Source: an uncultured delta proteobacterium
GTDB taxonomy: Bacteria; Myxococcota_A; Polyangia; Fen-1088
Length of the DNA stretch: 64,000 nt
Direction of reading: 5' to 3'
NCBI GenBank assembly: GCA_963796685.1
Contig: CAWCMR010000005.1
Coordinates: 320,001 to 384,000 of the forward strand
The notes beneath the pieces were generated by a model, which made no database searches, had not been told where the DNA came from, and worked only from the letters and a program-made list of their open reading frames with translations. How positions within the stretch are numbered: position 1 is the stretch's first letter; each line of letters opens with the position of its first letter. Positions 60,006 to 64,000 of this stretch are shown one piece after another. A program made the translations under genes and the position numbers.

Positions 60006-63000
60006 CTATCCGTCGTCCCCGGACGACGGCCCCATTGAAGCCCAATGTTTGACTGAGAGGTTATCATTATGACCTTTAGCTATCCGTCGTCCCCGGACGA
60101 CGGCCCCATTGAAGCGAAGGGAGAAGGCCACGGCCGTCTCCGAGGCCACCTATCCGTCGTCCCCGGACGACGGCCCCATTGAAGCCGCGGGATGGACATC
60201 TGCGTAGCCGCCACGCCAGGAACCTATCCGTCGTCCCCGGACGACGGCCCCATTGAAGCAGTTGGTGGGGTCAATCGATGTCTTCGGAATCGTTAACCTA
60301 TCCGTCGTCCCCGGACGACGGCCCCATTGAAGCGAGCCGTTGGCGGCCGAGCACATGCAGACCCCGAACTATCCGTCGTCCCCGGACGACGGCCCCATTG
60401 AAGCGAGCGCGGCGGAAATTCAGTGACCGGCTGGATGGTGCCTATCCGTCGTCCCCGGACGACGGCCCCATTGAAGCCGCAAGGCTTCGCGGAACGTCGC
60501 TGGACTCATTCGCCTATCCGTCGTCCCCGGACGACGGCCCCATTGAAGCAAGCGTGGCACGCCAAGGAGAACGCGGGGAAGTAACTATCCGTCGTCCCCG
60601 GACGACGGCCCCATTGAAGCCATTGTTCCCACTGCAAAGCATCGATGCCCAGCGCCTATCCGTCGTCCCCGGACGACGGCCCCATTGAAGCCACTCCAAG
60701 AAGGCCGCGGTCGAAGCTACCCTCACGCCTATCCGTCGTCCCCGGACGACGGCCCCATTGAAGCCGACTCCATCTCCTCGGAGGTGTACAACCCAAACGC
60801 TATCCGTCGTCCCCGGACGACGGCCCCATTGAAGCACCATCATGCGCTCGCCGATCTCGCCAGGGTTCCACTCTATCCGTCGTCCCCGGACGACGGCCCC
60901 ATTGAAGCGCGTGGAGTTGACCGAGGACGAGATTGAGACCGTGGCTATCCGTCGTCCCCGGACGACGGCCCCATTGAAGCGCGGCCCCGGGCACGACGAC
61001 CTGGCGCCCATCATCCGCTATCCGTCGTCCCCGGACGACGGCCCCATTGAAGCTACCGCGGAATGAGCGGCCTTCGTCTGACCACGGACTATCCGTCGTC
61101 CCCGGACGACGGCCCCATTGAAGCCGACGATGGGAAAATCCAGATCTATCACGGGGATTGTCTATCCGTCGTCCCCGGACGACGGCCCCATTGAAGCTGC
61201 GTGGGCGTGTAGCTCGAGGATGCGGAGAAATCCAGCTATCCGTCGTCCCCGGACGACGGCCCCATTGAAGCGGATAAGCTCCCCGGGCTCACGCAGCCAT
61301 CGACCGGCTATCCGTCGTCCCCGGACGACGGCCCCATTGAAGCCTTCTTGGGATCATCCGCCGAGGAGGTTTCGGACCCGCTATCCGTCGTCCCCGGACG
61401 ACGGCCCCATTGAAGCCTATCCTTGCCGGCCTAACCCTTTCCGCTTCCGTGGCTATCCGTCGTCCCCGGACGACGGCCCCATTGAAGCGAGCTCCTCGAA
61501 GGCGTGTGGGTGACCGGAATGGCCACCTATCCGTCGTCCCCGGACGACGGCCCCATTGAAGCATGGCTACTTCGCTCCCTTCCGGGCGTCGCGGGCCAGC
61601 TATCCGTCGTCCCCGGACGACGGCCCCATTGAAGCCTCCTTCACCCCTAGTAGACCCGCTAGCGCTAGGAACTATCCGTCGTCCCCGGACGACGGCCCCA
61701 TTGAAGCTTTAGCATCGCGTCAATCGGCGTCGGTGCAGCACCTGCTATCCGTCGTCCCCGGACGACGGCCCCATTGAAGCGGATCGATCCAGCGACCCCA
61801 CCGTCGGCCGGAAGCGTCTATCCGTCGTCCCCGGACGACGGCCCCATTGAAGCATTCCCCTCCCAGTGGAGGGCCATCACCGATGAGAGCAACCTATCCG
61901 TCGTCCCCGGACGACGGCCCCATTGAAGCTGCGTGCTGATGGCACGTGTTGGATCAACATCGGGGCTATCCGTCGTCCCCGGACGACGGCCCCATTGAAG
62001 CTCGTCGGTGGCCTGCTGGACGGTCTGCGGTCCCTTCTATCCGTCGTCCCCGGACGACGGCCCCATTGAAGCCAGTCGGGAGGCTGCGGGCGGACAGCGG
62101 CAGATTCCCTATCCGTCGTCCCCGGACGACGGCCCCATTGAAGCGCGTCTGTGCGGGGGATTATGCCCAGCTCGTGGACGCTATCCGTCGTCCCCGGACG
62201 ACGGCCCCATTGAAGCGCGCGCTTCCGCCTTCCGCTGCGTGGGGGTCTTGGCCTATCCGTCGTCCCCGGACGACGGCCCCATTGAAGCGCGATCGCCTTA
62301 GTAGACGCCGCGTTCTCTTCCAGCTATCCGTCGTCCCCGGACGACGGCCCCATTGAAGCGCAGATGTCTGCTGAAGCTCAAGAAGACGAATCCGAAACTA
62401 TCCGTCGTCCCCGGACGACGGCCCCATTGAAGCGACCTGAAGGGTGGAAAGGCGGGAACTGGAACCCAACCTATCCGTCGTCCCCGGACGACGGCCCCAT
62501 TGAAGCGCCGATTCCAGCATCGGCGATCGCTGCCGACATCTCTATCCGTCGTCCCCGGACGACGGCCCCATTGAAGCCACTTGAGCGACCACACGTGGTG
62601 CTGGCCATCGTAGGTCCTATCCGTCGTCCCCGGACGACGGCCCCATTGAAGCGGAACTTATGCGGTCACTCCCGGAGGCCTCCACACGCTATCCGTCGTC
62701 CCCGGACGACGGCCCCATTGAAGCGTAGATCGTCTCCGCGAATGGCGTGCTACCAAATCCACCTATCCGTCGTCCCCGGACGACGGCCCCATTGAAGCCA
62801 AGACTTTCTCCTGTCTTGCGATGCCAATCGTATCTATCCGTCGTCCCCGGACGACGGCCCCATTGAAGCCAGCGGTCGGGCCGGCGCCACCACGGTCTTG
62901 ACCGGGACTATCCGTCGTCCCCGGACGACGGCCCCATTGAAGCCTGGGCCGGCTCGACCGACCAGGGCGTCGGTGTGCCCGCTATCCGTCGTCCCCGGAC

Positions 63001-64000
63001 GACGGCCCCATTGAAGCGAGCGTCACCGAGTCGTAGGCGGCGGCGAGAGTGATCTATCCGTCGTCCCCGGACGACGGCCCCATTGAAGCGCCAGGTGGCG
63101 CGCTCCCAGGTGGGCGTTCGTCGCAGCTATCCGTCGTCCCCGGACGACGGCCCCATTGAAGCAGCGTGGGCGTGTAGCTCGAGGATGCGGAGAAATCCAC
63201 TATCCGTCGTCCCCGGACGACGGCCCCATTGAAGCGCGGTCATCTATGCCCACAAGTACGGGATGATGTTCCTCTATCCGTCGTCCCCGGACGACGGCCC
63301 CATTGAAGCAACAATGACGAACACATTCGCCCCCGCACGTGTTCCTATCCGTCGTCCCCGGACGACGGCCCCATTGAAGCCTTTCTGTGGTGAGAGTTAG
63401 CGTCGGGGTAACTTCCCTATCCGTCGTCCCCGGACGACGGCCCCATTGAAGCCATGGAGTACCTGACAACATGACCAAGATCGAAGACTATCCGTCGTCC
63501 CCGGACGACGGCCCCATTGAAGCAGGACTCTGTGAACGTCAACGCGGCCACGTCGACTACTATCCGTCGTCCCCGGACGACGGCCCCATTGAAGCATCAA
63601 GGCGTTGCAAGTCAAGCCGGTGTCACAATAATGACTATCCGTCGTCCCCGGACGACGGCCCCATTGAAGCCTATGGTGCCTGTTACGACAAAGGCGGAGC
63701 CTATTGGCTATCCGTCGTCCCCGGACGACGGCCCCATTGAAGCCTCGATCGTGGCGCTCACCGGCGCTAGCCCGCCACCTATCCGTCGTCCCCGGACGAC
63801 GGCCCCATTGAAGCTCGGGTGAAGCAAGGGTTTCCGGCACGCGCCACGGAACTATCCGTCGTCCCCGGACGACGGCCCCATTGAAGCCAGCCTTTGCAAT
63901 ACGGCTATACGCTCAACGATCACCTATCCGTCGTCCCCGGACGACGGCCCCATTGAAGCATCGATTGCCTACCTCAGAAGGGATGGCCCGGGGACGCTAT
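60006..64000 (+). CRISPR. Type I-G CRISPR array: 55 complete 36-bp repeats plus a partial 56th, 55 spacers, truncated by the window end
   Basis: Repeat CTATCCGTCGTCCCCGGACGACGGCCCCATTGAAGC with CCGTCGTCC/GGACGACGG hairpin and ATTGAAGC 3' end; spacers about 34-40 nt; counted by eye. Confidence 0.99.

Noticed and set aside
61417-61452. Spacer beginning CTATCC like the repeat
   Set aside because: Only a 6-nt match and normal spacer length; probably chance.
60042-63996. Self-targeting spacers
   Set aside because: No match to the window noticed, but the check was not exhaustive without alignment tools.
60006-64000. ORFs with repeated YPSSPDDGPIEA / IRRPRTTAPLK / LQWGRRPGTTD
   Set aside because: These are translations of the CRISPR repeat, not genes.

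Overview
GC-rich bacterial DNA, probably Myxococcota (Polyangia/Myxococcia-like), inferred from fibro-slime/Cys-rich repeat proteins, AgmX/PglI-type domains, a Ser/Thr kinase and a myxobacterial-style CRISPR repeat. The first ~40 kb is mostly housekeeping or accessory: GH45 glucanase, serS, IHF/HU, acyl-CoA dehydrogenase, an arsR-arsM-acr3-arsC operon, ETF-QO, an ABC-F protein, a sigma54 two-component cluster, metF, OmpA and MMPL. The last ~24 kb is a type I-G (I-U) CRISPR-Cas locus: WYL regulator, cas3-csx17(cas8g)-csb1(cas7g)-csb2, then a ~7.7 kb insert, then cas4/cas1 fusion, cas2, leader and an array of at least 55 spacers that runs off the window. The insert holds an uncharacterised two-gene cassette (YHGFP-motif protein plus a degenerate IrrE/ImmA-like protein), a DGQHR protein with a small partner, several intact or broken toxin-antitoxin pairs and a DUF222-HNH gene. 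Other highlights: the motif TGACAAA-N7-CGTA-N3-TGGTG precedes both halves of the cas locus; a probable relic cas3 start lies just upstream of the intact cas3; Cas3 and Csb2 each carry an apparent small inserted domain; three frameshifts all fall at GAGCTC. All family calls come from motif recognition by eye, with no database searches.
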